64,000 nt of DNA from Octopus sinensis (Eukaryota): contig NC_043004.1 of NCBI RefSeq assembly GCF_006345805.1, forward strand, positions 30,194,001 to 30,258,000, written 5' to 3'. The notes beneath the pieces were generated by a model, which was not told the origin of the DNA, ran no database searches, and worked only from the letters and a program-made list of their open reading frames with translations. This document shows, piece after piece, positions 12,689 to 27,572 of the stretch (positions are counted from its first letter, which is position 1; every line of letters begins with the position of its first letter). A program made the position numbers and the translations under genes.

Positions 12689-13060
12689 GCCCACATCTGG
12701 TAGTGAGATATGGGCTCTGAATGCAGAGAACATGTGAAGAGCAAAGACTGGAAAGAAATGAAGCTAATATGCACTGTTGAATGTGCATTGTCAGTGTGTT
12801 TGTACAACAAATTGTAAATGTGCTGAAAGAGAAAATTAGGCATAAGAAGAATCAGATGTTGTGTATAAGAGATAAAACTGTGCTGATATGGTCATGTGAT
12901 ATGTAAGGATGAAGGTAGTTGTATAAAGAAGTGCTGAATGCTTAAAGTGGATGAAATTTGCAGAAGTGGGAGACTCAAGAAGACACAGAACGAAGTATTG
13001 AAGGTTGATCTACAGTGGAGATGACAAAGAATCAAGAGGATTAGTGTTTCTCTGTGCTTG
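12689..13060 (+). mobile_element. RTE LINE fragment
   Basis: GSEIWALNAE...LERNEA...LKEKIRHK/LGIRRIRCCV...YGHV...KKC motifs, with frameshifts. Confidence 0.75.
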
Positions 13061-13399
13061 AGAAGACGTTACATCTCTTACAGTGAAAATTATCTCCTAA
13101 AAGGTTTATATGTATACACTCTCTGGGCCCTGCACCTACACACAATCTGCTTATCATACTTATCTTTTTAAAACTCAGCGTTCTTCCACTCTTCTAAGAA
13201 TGACACCATTCAGCTGATATGATCATATGACACCAGAATCTACTCATATTATATTTCCTACCCTTCGTATATCAACCACTAGCCTCATCTCTAACCACCT
13301 GTCCCTCGCCTCTCACAGTCTTGTGAACTTATCCACTCACACCTGCTTCCCCCCTTCCCCCATCCTCAGTCCTATCTTCTTTCCTGCTTACCAATACTT

Positions 13400-13530
13400 T
13401 AGTCTTTATTGAGTTTATTTTGAGGATTCTTGATTTTAGCTTTTGTTACCAGCTCTGGAATTTCTCCTCTATTTCTATCACAGATTCAACTATGAGATTT
13501 AAGTCACTGTAATTCTCATAGACACCAAGA
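13400..13530 (-). mobile_element. RTE reverse-transcriptase fragment
   Basis: DLNLIVESVIEIEEKFQSW resembles the YADDLVLIAES..ELEEKF..W segment. Confidence 0.5.
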
Positions 13531-15059
13531 CTTAAAAATATATATAAAAAAAAAAAACAGGAACAAGGTAAGAAGTGAACTCTGGTAGACCATACCATCA
13601 AGCTAAATTTGTTGATGTACTCATTGTTAACTCTCACCTTGCTGATGTTATATCTGTACATAGTTTATATATCTATATATATATCTGTGTGTGTGGTATA
13701 CATTATATATATATAATATACATTATATATACATATATATACTATATATCTGTATGTGTGTGCGAGTGTGTATGCAGGTAGATAAATGAAAGGAATGTTT
13801 GTAGCTATAACGACAAAAATTGGCCACATATAATTTCACCTTCTATTTTCCAAACCCCAATAAAAAACAAGGACAAAAATCTCGAATGCGCTTGGGAAAA
13901 TAATGCAATAGTAATTATACAGTGCATGGTTTTAGAATACAGGTTAACTATACAATTCAAACATTGTTAACGCAGAAGTCAATCTTAATTTGCAACATCA
14001 ATCAAAGCAAATTTCCATGAATGTTTTTGTGAATATCTACATCAATAAGTCAATTACACATTGTAGAAATATGTTATGGACAATGTTTATTTATATTTTA
14101 CTGTTTTATCAACTCAATTAAATAATGTTCAAAAGTATCTTTCCGTTTGTAAAGTCAGTTAAATATTGTGCAACAGAAAAATATGCATATATATATATAT
14201 TTTGTTTTCAATGTCATTAAATAGTATTTTGTAAAATCATAGCACTTCATTTCTTGTGTATTGTGTGCTTGTGAATCATAGCTTTAAAGTAGAAGACAAA
14301 ATATTAACATGTGTTTTGCAAAAATGATTGAAATAGATGTTGTTGAGGATTTCTTATTCAGCTTGTCACATGATTTGAGGTAATTGAAAGAGAACCAATT
14401 CTGCTCTGAGTGGTTGATTTCTTGGTGTGTGTGGGAAAAAGAATCTGTGAATTTCAGCTGCTAAATAGCCTAGCACTAAAAACCACTGACTGAACAAATT
14501 TTCACTTGTTTAACATTTCTGTTACTATATAATTATATGAAGTATGAAGCTTGCTTCCCAACTGCATGGTTTGGGGTTCAGTCCCATTATGTGGAACCTT
14601 GGGCAAGTGTCCTGTGAGTGGATTTGGGAGACAGAAACTGAAAGAAGCCCATTGTATATATATATATGTATATATCTGTGTCTCTTTGTACTTGTATTTG
14701 TCCTCCCATTACTGTTTGACAACCGGAATTGGTGTGTTTATGTGACCTGTAACTTAGCGGTTCAGTAAAAGAGAATGATTGAATAAGTACTAGCAAAAAA
14801 GACTGATAGAATAAGACCTGAGGTCAATTTGTCCAACTAAAACCCCTCAAGGCAGTGCTCCAGCATTGCTGCAGTCAAATGACTGAAACAAGTAAAAGAA
14901 TAAAAGAATATATCTGTTGAAATAAGATGCTTTTGTTTCAGTTCATTCTGTTTATAACTCTCTCTGTATGAAGTTGGAGCTTGATGCCAACATCAACATG
15001 AAAAGCTTGATAAAAGGTTTTAATTTAGATTATGCTGAGACAATTTGTATCACAGAACC

Positions 15060-18040
15060 AAGGGCAGTCGCAGGTGGACTGGTTTCATAACTGAGATTAG
15101 GCACCACAAATTATTAGTTTCTGATTGGCTAAAATTTTTATTTGGGTAAACTGTTTGGCTGGTTAAATTATCTTATTGTTTAAAATAATGCATGAGAAGA
15201 TAGTGAATTTGAAATAATTCCATTTAAGAAACTGTTCACTAACAGACTGAACTAGAATTGTGACAAGCAGTTGAGTTAAGTTATTACATTAGTTCCTTCC
15301 TTTATTGCAAGGATAGCAGCAATCAGTTGGATCAATATAGAGAATGGAGGTCCTAAATAAAATGGGCTGGTCAGTCGTTACATCATCCTGTCTTGGGCTT
15401 TTTGTTTACTGGGACAGAAGATTGGCAGAGATACCAATATAGGCATGGTTAGTAGAAAAAACTGCAGTGAATGTTGCTTGAGGTACTGTGGTTGAATCAC
15501 TTTTGAAATTTGCTAGCTTCAGATGGCCGATGCTATCAGTTTTCCATTTGCTATATATATATCAGGAATGAGATATTTGAAAATCTTGTGTGATACTTTA
15601 TGAAAAGGTCTTGTATAAAATGTCTGAAGTAGTTTCTTGGTTGGCTCACCACAAAAACAAAAACCATGAAGACATTTGGAGAGGTCTTACAGAACTTGTA
15701 TAGTGGTCTGCTATAGTTGAGTGATAATTGTTAACCAGGTATCCATGCAGTCATTATATATATATATAGTTTAATGGATCTGATATTACAGTAGACTGGC
15801 CAGGTGTGACCATCTCTTCAGGTAATTTAATGGTCTTACTACATAGGATTCAGCTGGGATGTATCTATATCTGTCTTTCACTGCAGATCATAGACACTCA
15901 CACCACCCAGTGAAGGCCTGCTTGAATTTTTAGTGCCAATAACAATAGAAATGTTCCAGTAAACCATTAACTGCTTGATGGTAAAAGGTTATTCCAGTTT
16001 TCATTGTAGCCAGAAATTGCATCATCTCTATGAATAAAGTAGACTTTAATTGCTGTCCACTATCAGTTGTGGTTTTGGTGGTGGTCAGTGGGATAGCCTC
16101 AGGTCATCTGGTATACCTGTCAACATAGGCAAGCAAATGACTACGCCTGTGTGAAGATAGTGGTTTCATGAGATTATGCAGTCAAACATTGCATCTGATG
16201 CAACAAAGATGCCCAGCAGTATTTTGACATGGTAATATACATATACTTTCTAACATGCAATGCAATTTTAGTCTCACTTTCCAACATCTTTGTTGGTACT
16301 ACGCTAAAGGAATTGTGCTGATATCAACTTCACCTACCCAGGTTTAACCAACAATGGAGTGCATTGAAACCATTGAGACAGTACTTTTCATCACAAACAT
16401 CATGACCAGTGGAGACATCACACCACATATATGCAGTTGCAGTCAAAAATGCGGGGAAAATGCTGGAGTGTCAAAGAGGTTGTGGATAACTTCTGTAGGA
16501 GTTGTCATTCTCCTGATTGGTTGCTTTCCAGTCTGAATTAACGATAACAAACATATTGCATTGTATTAATGTGAGTATGTGAGGATGCATCCGATGTTAC
16601 ATTGTCAAATCCTTTGATGTGACTGATGCCATTCGAATACTATGAGATGTAATTGACATGGTGATTCTCTCTCATCATCATTTGAATGTTTAGAGCAGAG
16701 CTGGAAAGCAGGAGAGCTGCACAAGGTCCCAGTCTGATTAGGCTTGTTTTCTATAGATGGATGTTCTTCCTAATGCCAACCACTTTGCAGAGTGTGCTGG
16801 GTGCTTATTACAGAGTGCTGGCACATGTGCTTTTATGTGACTCCAGCATAAGTTCTATTATATGGAACCAGCACAGGTACTTTTCACATGGCACTGGGAC
16901 AGGCTCTTGCAGGCCAATCCTCTTCAGCAGGGTGGGGGGAGGAGCAGCTGTGGATGACGAGTTGCCAATCGGGTTTGAACTTCTGTGCATACATTAAAGG
17001 CTGGTGATCTTGGTAGGTGGTAAAAACATAAAAAGGCTTGAGGCTTGTGTAGATGATAAAGACACAGCCAGACCTTGCTACATGTGATGGGAATGATCCA
17101 TTATATGCTGTTGATAATTCCCCTTGCCTGTCAAACATGTTGTACCTAACTTCTGAAAAGACAGTGATTGCTATGTGTTTGCAACCAATTGTAAACCTTC
17201 CCCCACTCTACTGGTAGCTGATGTTTCTACTAACAAATATAAGGGTGTGTCTGTTTTATGGTGAGCTAGAAGGATAATCTTAACCAATCCTTCTTACACT
17301 TTCTTGAAAGAGGCAAGCTTATTTCCATTAAAGGTGACTGGTCAATCCTATTTTCTTTTTGTTCCAGAGCATGTCAGTGAATACTTGAGCTCTGTGGAAC
17401 AGAGCAGTTCAAGAAGTTGATTACACTAAGGAATTCAACTTATACAGTGTGTGGGTGAAAGATAATCTTGGATACTTAATTTTTTTCTCCCCACAGAACA
17501 GATTCCATCTTTGTTGACCATATGACCAAAGACAAAGATGATATGCCAAATAGGCACTTATTGGGACTTTTGGCAATTCCATATGCGACTGGATTGACTG
17601 ACTGAACTAAAATTTCTGATTGGTCAAAATAATATATGTAACATGATGTCATTATGTGTGATCAGTTGTGTCAGGTTGTTACAATTGTCCCCTCCTTTAT
17701 TTCTGGGACAGTAGCAATCAATAAGGATCAATATAAAACAACAAACAGTGAAAGTGAATGATGGTAACACTTATTAAGAAAGATAAGGGAGACAAATAAG
17801 AAATCCAAATTAATTAAAAATTAAATGGGAGATTAGGGTGGAAAGGGCAGTGTTATGTTTGGTAAGTATACGGATTGCTCCAGTGTTTCAACTTTATTAA
17901 ACCTCATTAGTGAAGCATCATGCTACCAGCACTTACCCTGATAAGTTATTGGCTCAGCCAACAATATTTGTTAGTTCTTTGAGGATTTGATTTACAGCTG
18001 ATGGTATTTTAATCTGTCTACTATGATGGTTGAATCACAC
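15060..18040 (-). mobile_element. Decayed Gypsy/Ty3 LTR-retrotransposon pol (RT end, RNase H, integrase) with two PPT-LTR junctions
   Basis: Relic motifs: GHMVNKDGI (RT), DHQPLMY and SHIKGFDNVTSDA (RNase H), WCDVSTG/LH...CIAC (HHCC), AYVDRYTR*PEAIPL and YHQAVNGLLEHF (integrase). Confidence 0.8.
16675..16900 (-). mobile_element. RTE tail inserted into the Gypsy relic
   Basis: GGATGTTCTTCCTAATGCCAACCAC...GTGCTGGGTGC motifs interrupt the RNase H region. Confidence 0.65.
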
Positions 18041-18358
18041 GCACACACACAAAAGCATATATATATATACATACAGACACACATACACACATTGGTTTTC
18101 TCCAACAGATTTTCCTCTCTTCTTTACATAACTGTCTTGATAAAGTATAATTTGTACAAAATGCTAATATCACTTCCTTTTCTTCATGCCATAATACATT
18201 GACTGATATTTATTTATTCTTCATTGGTTTTTGCCAATAATTTGTCTTCAAATATAATGTCCATATGGCAACTCTGACTTAAATTCTTCACAAAGTTTCC
18301 AAAGATACTTAATCCAATCCTAATAATATCTTTTCTTTGCTATATCTGCATGTAGTGT

Positions 18359-18359
<1 letters not shown>

Positions 18360-18401
<42 letters not shown>

Positions 18402-18600
18402 CTTTAACTTTTCTATGTTTGCATAGGTCAGACAAAATTTGTTTGGTAGATTTTCTATGGTTGGATGCCCTTTCTGTCATCAGCCCTTTCTTCCCCATCA
18501 CCAAGTATGTTTTCCTTGAGTACTGGGAATGCATGACACTGTATAACAGTGACAATCATTTATAACTGTCATGATGTTGTGAAGGGAGACACAAGCACAC
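18360..18600 (-). mobile_element. Second RTE-tailed short element family (also about 1040-1280 +, 5260-5470 -, 54030-54130 -, 61030-61210 -)
   Basis: Shared GGATGCCCTT-CC-TGTC..CAACCC...TTCC...GGTAATATTT motifs next to (CAT)n tails. Confidence 0.6.
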
Positions 18601-18710
18601 ACACACACAACACACACACACACATTGATAGTGAAAAATACTTCACGGATGGGGATTATATATTTGTACTAATGCTTTGCTACATATGTTTTGGCATGAC
18701 ATATATATAC

Positions 18711-19102
18711 TCTTATTCTTTTACTCTTTTACTTGTTTCAGTCATTTGACTGCGGCCATGCTGGAGCACCACCTTTAATCGAGCAACTCGACCCCGGGAC
18801 TTATTCTTTGTAAGCCCAGTACTTATTCTATCGGTCTCTTTTGCCGAACTGCTAAGTGACGGGGACATAAACATACCAGCATCGGGGGACAAACACAGAC
18901 ACACAAACACACAAGCACATACATATATATGCATATATACGACGGGCTTCTTTCAGTTTCCGTCTACCAAATCCACTCACAAGGCTTTGGTCGGCCTGAG
19001 GCTATAGTAGAAGACACTTGCCCAAGGTGCCACGCAGTGGGACTGAACCCGGAACCATGTGGTTGGTAAACAAGCTACTTACCACACAGCCACTCCTGCG
19101 CC
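18711..19102 (-). mobile_element. tRNA-derived SINE family C with internal microsatellite, near complete (other copies: 3430-5205 split, 6740-7160 -, 8290-8760 -, 14543-14910 +, 19870-20040 -, 25240-25676 +, 34790-35390 -, 48320-48485 -, 50170-50560 +, 50915-51065 +, 56920-57045 -, 62760-62915 -, 63125-63460 -)
   Basis: Head GGCTGTGTGG...GGGTTCAGTCCC, core CCTTGGGCAAGTGTCTTCTACTATAGCC, tail CAGTCAAATGACTGAAACAAGTAAAAGA. Confidence 0.9.
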
Positions 19103-19479
19103 ATATATATGGATATGATGAGGTGGTCTCATAAAAATACATGTCATGCTGAAACATATGTAGCAATGTATTAATAAACATATTAAATCTCTATTTGGGA
19201 AGCATTTCTTGATATTGATATATTTATCCTATGCTATATGGAGTATCGCATACATAACAATCCTATACAGTTAACTCAGCATGTTGGGAATGATATACAC
19301 TAGCCAGTAGCAAATAGTATAGGAGCTTTTGTGGGCCATCTACAAAATACTAATATATATCTATATACAGATTGTTGAGATTGTTGAGATTCTTGAATGG
19401 AGGTGTGTTGATGTATGTTGCTTCCAAAAGGTAAGGTGGAGTGGAGCTTCAATCAGGTTTCTCACCTGAAATATAGGTG

Positions 19480-19655
19480 GCACATAAAAACACCCATTAC
19501 ACTCTTGGAGCGGTTGGCATTAAGAAGGGCATCCATCTGTCGAAAACCATGCCAAATCAGATTGGAGTTTGGTGCAGCCTTCCCGCATGCCAGCCTGATC
19601 AAATAGTTCAACCCAAACCATTATAGACAATGGACATTAAATAATGATGATGATA
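19480..19655 (+). mobile_element. RTE tail fragment
   Basis: GTGGCACATAAAAACACCC...GGTTGGCATTAAGAAGGGCATCC...GGACATTAAATAATGATG, followed by long (TA)n. Confidence 0.75.
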
Positions 19656-19687
19656 GATAGATAGATAAATAAATAAATAATATATAT

Positions 19688-19737
<50 letters not shown>

Positions 19738-19769
19738 TATATATATATTATATATTATTATATATATAT

Positions 19770-19822
<53 letters not shown>

Positions 19823-20534
19823 AATTCGGGGTGAGTACTTGATATATATATATAAATAGATAGATAGACACAACAGGCTTTTTTCAGATTCTATTTACCA
19901 AATTCCTTCACAAGGTTTTGATCAACCTGGAGTGTCTATAGAAGAAGACACTTACCCAAAGTGCTATAGAGTGGGAATGAACCTGAAATCATGTTATTAT
20001 GAAGCAAACTTTTCAAACACATGGCCACCCTTGCACCTATATAGAAGTTCTAAATAGAATTTCATTCATAGAAGCTGTAGTAGAAATACTGATTTAAAAA
20101 ACTCCAAAAAACATTTCATTTGTCTGTAAACATAACTTTTATTTTTTACAGGATCAATATACTATTTTAATTTCTTCATCCTTTCATTTCATTTTTTGTA
20201 TCAAGAATCTTCTGCAATACAACTTAGACCAGGATTATTACTATTTTGATTCTCTTACTAATACTCTACCTTGATATTTGAATCTAACTTTTCTTTGCTT
20301 CTGTATAGCAGCTTGTGCACTTAATATTCTTGTATCATGTCTCTTACATCAATTATATCATCCACTATCACTAAATTATAAACACCATATTTTATTGTGA
20401 ATTTATTAATGTAAACTGTAATAACATAATATTGGAAATGTGTTATATCTTTCACTGTCTGTTAAATATTTGCCAGCTGCCTGCCTGCCTATATGTCTGT
20501 CTATCTGTCTGTTTGCTCCTACCCAAGTACCTAA

Positions 20535-20629
<95 letters not shown>

Positions 20630-20999
20630 GTCTATCTGTCTATCTACCTACCTACCTACCTACCTACCTACTTACCTACCTACCTACCTATCTACATACA
20701 TACATACATACATACATACATACATACCTATCTACCTACCTAACAATCTACCTACCTACCTACCTAACAATCTACCTACCTACCTACCTACATGCATACA
20801 TACCTACCTACCTACCTACCTACCTATCGGTCTATCTATCAACAAAATACCTACTTGCCTACTTTATTATCTACCCTCCTACTTCTTAATTTGTTTGCCC
20901 ATCCATCTGTCAGTTTGTCTGTCTTTCTGTCTGTCTGTCTATTTATCTATCTGTCTGTCAATCCATCCATCCATCCATCCATCCATTCCACATTACCAA

Positions 21000-21290
21000 C
21001 AGATCCACTTACACAAAATGCTAACCATAAAGACAGCTATATGTAGGTGAGACCACTCAAAGTCTAATGGATTCGTTTAGGCAATATGTTCAAGCTGATG
21101 TCTGACGAAACAATGAGACCCGCCTCTTCCACCGTTTTTCTCTTTGCACTCCTCTCTGTCTGTGGTATCGTCTTACACTGCAGCATTTCTCTGGTGATCC
21201 AGTTGCAATATAAACTGACTAATCTTCTGTTTTCCCTTGACACACAGTCACATGGTTAGAACAACTAATTCACCTTTCTCTAACAATATA
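21000..21290 (+). mobile_element. Penelope-like element GIY-YIG endonuclease relic
   Basis: QLYVGETTQSLMDSFRQY from 21034, then LSVCGIVLH and LFSLDTQSHG*NN*FTFL*. Confidence 0.65.
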
Positions 21291-24177
21291 CTCACACCTA
21301 CATACACATACAATGTATCACCACCTACACATAACATATACACCATTCCAGACACACATATAAATTATCACCAACATATACACATGCACATATACAAAGT
21401 ATCGACAACATATACCCACACAAACCACATACAAACACCCACATACACAGGCATTCTGCACAGACACACACTTGCACACACACACTTGCACACACACACA
21501 CATGCACACACACACTCACACACACACAAAATATTACTAACATATAAATGCACAAACCTCCTCCTCCTCTTCCACACACACACACACAGATTTGAACACT
21601 CATGCATAGCTTCAAGCCACTCTCATGCCCACCACACAACAATCTCTGTTTGCTTTTATCACATTTACCTCCCCTGGTGCACTCACTCACCTGGCAATAC
21701 CATCCTTATGTCTTCCTTTCCACTACATAAGATACTACTCAATGTATGCACTTCTCTCCTTCCACAAAAGCATGTTTTATCATTTTCTCTTCCATCAAAG
21801 AACCACTGTTTGAAAAGATAGATCACACACTCTATTTCTTCCCTGCAGCGTAAAGCTAAAACCTAGACACTGTGTAGTTTTGTTCGCTGATATTTATTCA
21901 TATCTTTTGCTTTGTTCCAGATCCTTTATCAGGGAATTATAATGGGACATGATGAGCTAACACACAGTTATTAAGTGAAGTATACTTTTACTTTTACTTG
22001 TTTCCACCAGAAGTTGTGGTCATGCTCGGGCAATGCTATTAGTGTGATTGTTTGCCATCCCTCCATGGATCAGTGAATTGGACAATGCAACTCTATTTCT
22101 AAGATGTCAAATTACACCTCCTCAACTTGTGATCTATGCATCTAACGACCATCTACACTTATGACCACAAAAAATAAATGCATCATTCAAGAGATGGAAA
22201 GTGAAAAATACTATTCAAACAAACCTCACCTTGTTCTCCAATAAAACCATTTACTTCAATCCAAGAACATGACTGTAAAGATTAAAAATTCATTTCCAAT
22301 TGCGCTTTTTTCACAGTAACAAATTTTTTTTATTGCATGTGGAATTTCCTTTGTATTAATTTTTACATTAATTTTTTATTGTATTTTTGTTTACAGTACA
22401 ATAGAGTACATATGTATTTTTCACATTATGTACAAAGACTAAGAATTAAAATTTTGTGTTCTATATTTTTATAACCCGTTTGAATGAAAATAGTGTTGGA
22501 AAATAGAAATCCGACATATGACCAGATCAACCAACGACCTATCAATCAAAACGGAACTTGGCCATAAGTCAAGGAGAAAGTGTAATTCCAAGACATTTCA
22601 GTGTTCAAATGTTACATGGATAATTTTTCTATATCATGGCTTGAAAATAAGTATTCATATAATAGCAGGTGAATTAGGGGTAACCATGCATCTTGCTGAG
22701 AGCAACAAACCTGTTTGTGTCCTTCTATCATACTTTAATCTTTCAGTACGTGGCATAAAGACAACCCACTCTCTATTACATGCCCCACCCCTCAGTTGAG
22801 GTGTCTTGTTTTGCAAGTTACTTACTAATCTCTATAGTGCTGGTACCCCAAGAAAGCACCCAAAATACTCAATAAAGTGGTTGGTGTCAGAAAGTGCATC
22901 CAGCTGCTGAAGCCATGCCAAAACAAGCATTGGAACCCAGTGCATTTCTATGGTTCTCTAGCTCCTTTCAAACCCTCCAACTCATGTCAGTATGGGAGAT
23001 GAATTTTAAATGATGATAATATAGAGGTGGAGACCATATGGTAGTTTTAGAAGACTGAAAGAATCTAGCTATTTTTGGTCCTTAAATTTCATTTCAGATA
23101 GGGGCAAATGAATTTATGAAAAGTTCTTCTGAAGACTAATTACTGCTACCTTCATCAGTTTTCTCAACTTCCAGATAGTACCTAATTAATCTACAATACT
23201 GCTTCTTCTTTTATGATAAATGCTTTTGTGCTTTGGTAACAAAATGAAGAAACAGTTGTCATCTGCAAGAATAAAATGCAGGCTTATTCAGTTGAATTCC
23301 TGCACCAAATTTTACTAGGTGACTCAAAGTCAAAGATGAACGGTCACTCAGAGAATAATTAATGCAAATTATGCTTCATGTTCAAATAATTAGATTTAAG
23401 AAAGCTGTCTAGAGATGAAATAGCTGTCTTTATAATTAACACATTATCATCTAAAGAATTAATTACAAGATGCTAATGTGAGTTGTTTATGTTTTCATTA
23501 ACCTCAAGATAAGATTTATTATTGTTTAACCACATGTTGGATCTGGTAGGGCAGCTCTATGATCAAAGGTGAAATTCCTTTGTGGATTTGAAGTGGCACC
23601 CTTGTGACATACAGTGTATCTTGGGAATTTTTAGACCTTGTAAAGCTGATCACTCTCCATATCTGGCCATAGCTGATATCCTCCAGGAAGAAAGAAAGAC
23701 AAAGATAGAATGAAGAAGAAAGAGAGAGAATGAGAAGAATTCACTCTAGTATAGGACAAGAATTTAATTATAATAACAATGAAATTCAAAGTTGGCCTTA
23801 GTGGGATTTGAACTCAGAACAGAGGGAGGCAGAAAATTACTGCAAAACAAGGTATATAATGTGCTAACAACTCTGCCATCTGGCTACCTTACTTCACTAA
23901 TGTATTGATATATAAGACTGAACTATTTAAAATAAAAAAAGGGTTAAGTTTAGTTGTTGAAAACATCAAATCATGTTGAGTTTGTATGAAGTGAGATTGT
24001 TTAGGAATTGTTTTTGGTTTTGGTTTCTTCCATTTTATCCTTTATCTACACCTGTTTGCAGTTATTTATTAAAAGACTTTAATTTCTCTTATGTTACAAT
24101 CTGATGACTATCATAGTGCATCAAATATCTTTACTTTGTAATAGAAGATTGTAAAGATATACTAGCCATGTATCACA

Positions 24178-24232
<55 letters not shown>

Positions 24233-25403
24233 TGTATGTGCATATGCATATACAGCCTAAGCAAAATATTAAGTTATACATACATACATACATACATACA
24301 TACACACACATATATATATACATACATATATATATGTATATAATATTTAAACATACATACATATATATATATATAAATACACACATGTATATATCAATAG
24401 ATATATATCTTTGATGAAATTAGAAGATATAACTTAAATATAAATGCAAGGTTTAATGTAGTAGGTGTCATTGAGATACATATTTTTGCTGAAATTTATT
24501 TAGTCAGAGAGAAATACACTAAACACATTTATTAAAACAAACAAAAAGCTTTACTAACAGCAAACCAGAAATAATGGAATCTGAACAAGGTTTCTCTCTC
24601 TCTCTCTCTCAGTCTGTTTCTCCCTCTTTATCTCTGTAATTTTAGAATATAAAACTGTTATCAAAAATACAACTGTGCATAGTGTAATTTGAACTTCTCA
24701 GTTATGCTTCCATTGTTAGAATATGATCTGTTCATCAATCTAACTAATCATCTACTCATCATCATTGTCGTCGTTGGTGTCGGCAATGTCGGTGTCATCC
24801 TCATTATCATCACCACTACCACTGCTGCTGCCACCACCACCACCACCATAACCATCTACTCATCACTACATAACCATCACTACAACCTCCTACTCTTGCA
24901 TGTGTTGGCTGGGTCATCACAGTCAGTTTTATTTAATGTCACTGCTTCTCCTAGTCAGGTTACAATATCACATCTTGCTTAAGGTGGCGAGCTGGCAGAA
25001 ATGTTAGCATGCCAGGTGAAATGCTTAGCAGTATTTCATCTGTCTTTACTTTCTGAGTTCAAATTCCACTGAGGTTGACTTTGCCTTTCATCCTTTTGGG
25101 GGCTGATAAATTAAGTACCAGTTGCATATTGGGGTCGATCTAATTGACTGCCCCCCCCCTCCACACACAAAATTTCGGGCCTTGTGCCTAGAGTAGAAAA
25201 AGTAATATCATGTCTTTCTCTTATGTTCCATCACTGGCATGATTGCCATGGCTGGAAGCTTTTCTTGTTTCCAACCACATGGGTCCAGGTTCATTCCCAC
25301 TGCGTGGCACCTTGGGAAAGTGTTTTCTACTATAGCCTCGGGCCAACCAAAGCCTTGTGAGTGGATTTGGTAGACAGAAACTGAAAGAATTCCATCATAT
25401 ATA

Positions 25404-25453
<50 letters not shown>

Positions 25454-26373
25454 CGTATATATATATATATGGGTATGTGTGTGTGTGTATATGTATTTGT
25501 GTCTGTGTTTGTCCCCCAACATCGCTTGACAACCAATAGTGGTGTGCTTACGGCCCCGTAACTTAGCGGTTTGGCAAAAAGAGACCGATAGAATAAGTAC
25601 TGGGGTCGATTTGCTCGCCTAAAGGTGGTGCTCCAGCATGGTCACAGTCAAATGACTGAAACAAGTAAAAGAGTAAGGTACCAACCCTAGAATGGTTTTT
25701 ATGTTCTTAACAGCTTCCGTCATACCCCAAGTTTGTTCACCAACCAATTTACAGAGTGTCCTGGGTAATGCATTTTATCATGACAACATCACTAAAGAAG
25801 TTACCTTGTGTCATGTAAAGCTGAAATTTACGCACTGTTTTGCAGTGTTTATGTTCAAAGCAGCATAATGAAGATGGTGAAGAGAAAAGAGAGTTATAAC
25901 AGTATAACTGGTGTGAATTGGGTGAAAGAAGTGAGACTATGATGGAAGAAACAGAGTGAAAGGGGTGAGAGGGTAGTAGAGAAGGGAGTGATGGAAGAGA
26001 GACACTGATGGCTGCTACATATTTTGCTGATGAGAAACATCAAGTGACGGATGTCAATACCAAGTGACTTGAGGAAGAGAGAGATGGCTTACAACACAAA
26101 ATGTGTGATTTGGGGTATATTAGATAGGGACAAGTTTGATACTATCTTTCATATATGCACCTTCATGAGAAAGAGAAAAAGGAAGGGTGATAAAAATGGT
26201 GATAGAGTGATTGAATACATACAGGGCTAATGTCCTTCCTTGTGACAAGGTTAGCATGGTAGAGAGGACAGGGGAGAGGAGGGAGTAGAAAGAGAGATGA
26301 ATAATAGAGAAATGAAGGAAAATGAAAGTGGTGAGGGATTCAGCAAATGAAGGCATAACAGGGACACGTTAAA

Positions 26374-26810
26374 TCATCATCATCATCATCGTTTAACATC
26401 CACTTTCCATGCTAGCATGGGTTGGACGGTTCAACTGGGGTCTCGGAAGCCCGAAGGCTGCACCAGACCAGTCAGATCTGGCAGTGTTTCTACAGCTGGA
26501 TGCCCTTCCTAACGCCAACCACTCCGAGAGTGTAGTGGGTGATTTTATGTGCCACCGACACAGGTGCCAGATGAGGCTGGCGAACGGCCACGCTCAGGTG
26601 GTGTTTTTTTTTTTTATGTGCCACCAACACAGGTGCCAGACGAGGCTGGTGAACGGCCACGATCGGATGGTGTTTGTTATGTGCCCATAGCACGGAGGCC
26701 AGTCGATGCGGTACTGGCTACGGCCACGTTCGGATGGTTTTCTTATGTGCCACCGGCACTGGTACCACAAAGATACAAATTCCATTGATGTTCATCGATT
26801 TCGATTTGGT
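26374..26810 (-). mobile_element. RTE-tail element, about 4 units, same subfamily as 3672-4620
   Basis: Near-identical tail and ACAGGTGCCAGAYGAGGCTGG units. Confidence 0.9.
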
Positions 26811-27572
26811 TAAGAGACTAAAATATAGATATATAATAGATATATAATAGATATATAATAGCCTTCATCATTACCACCATTTCAATGTTTGTTTTGCTCT
26901 TTGCATCAGTGGAAAGGTTTTTTTTCCAGCACCAGGTGTGTTGTCAGTCACCACAGACTTTTGTCATCTCCATTGTTAGTCTCATCATGCTGAGATTGGT
27001 CTTTATCAGTTTATCCCTTCATCCCAAGTCTTCTTACGTTTCCTCTTCCACAGGTTCAATCCACTTTGGGTACCTGGTACTGTTTTATGCTGCTGTACTT
27101 CTATATACACATCACATACCCACACGTCTCTCTCTCTTTTACACTAAATCTGATACATTTTCTGTCTAGCTACCCTCTCACTAATTTGAACCCCATTATT
27201 CATGTACACTTACATTACACATTAAAAATTTATCTACATTCACATAGTTACATGTTTATACATACATTACCTGTATGCTACCTATAAACTATATAATCAT
27301 TTCAATTTTAATGAAGTCAGACATTTGATCTGTTTGGCTGGAAAAAGTTCTGTTATAAACTTTTGAAGAAAAAAATTTTAACAAATTTAAAACTTAAGAA
27401 ACAAAATAGTTGTATTAGAGAAATAAAGAAAATACCTACAAAACTGCACTTAGGAAAGCTAAATCCTTATTCATGAATGTAGAGGGTGAAAACTATTTAA
27501 TTAATCATTGAATAATAAACACCTTCCTTCTACAGTCCTTCATGTAATTAAAATAATTAATATATATATAAG

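Noticed and set aside
26027-26055. CTGATGA-GAAA-CATC...GATG-TC hammerhead-like string
   Set aside because: Stem II is entirely absent and stem I does not pair.
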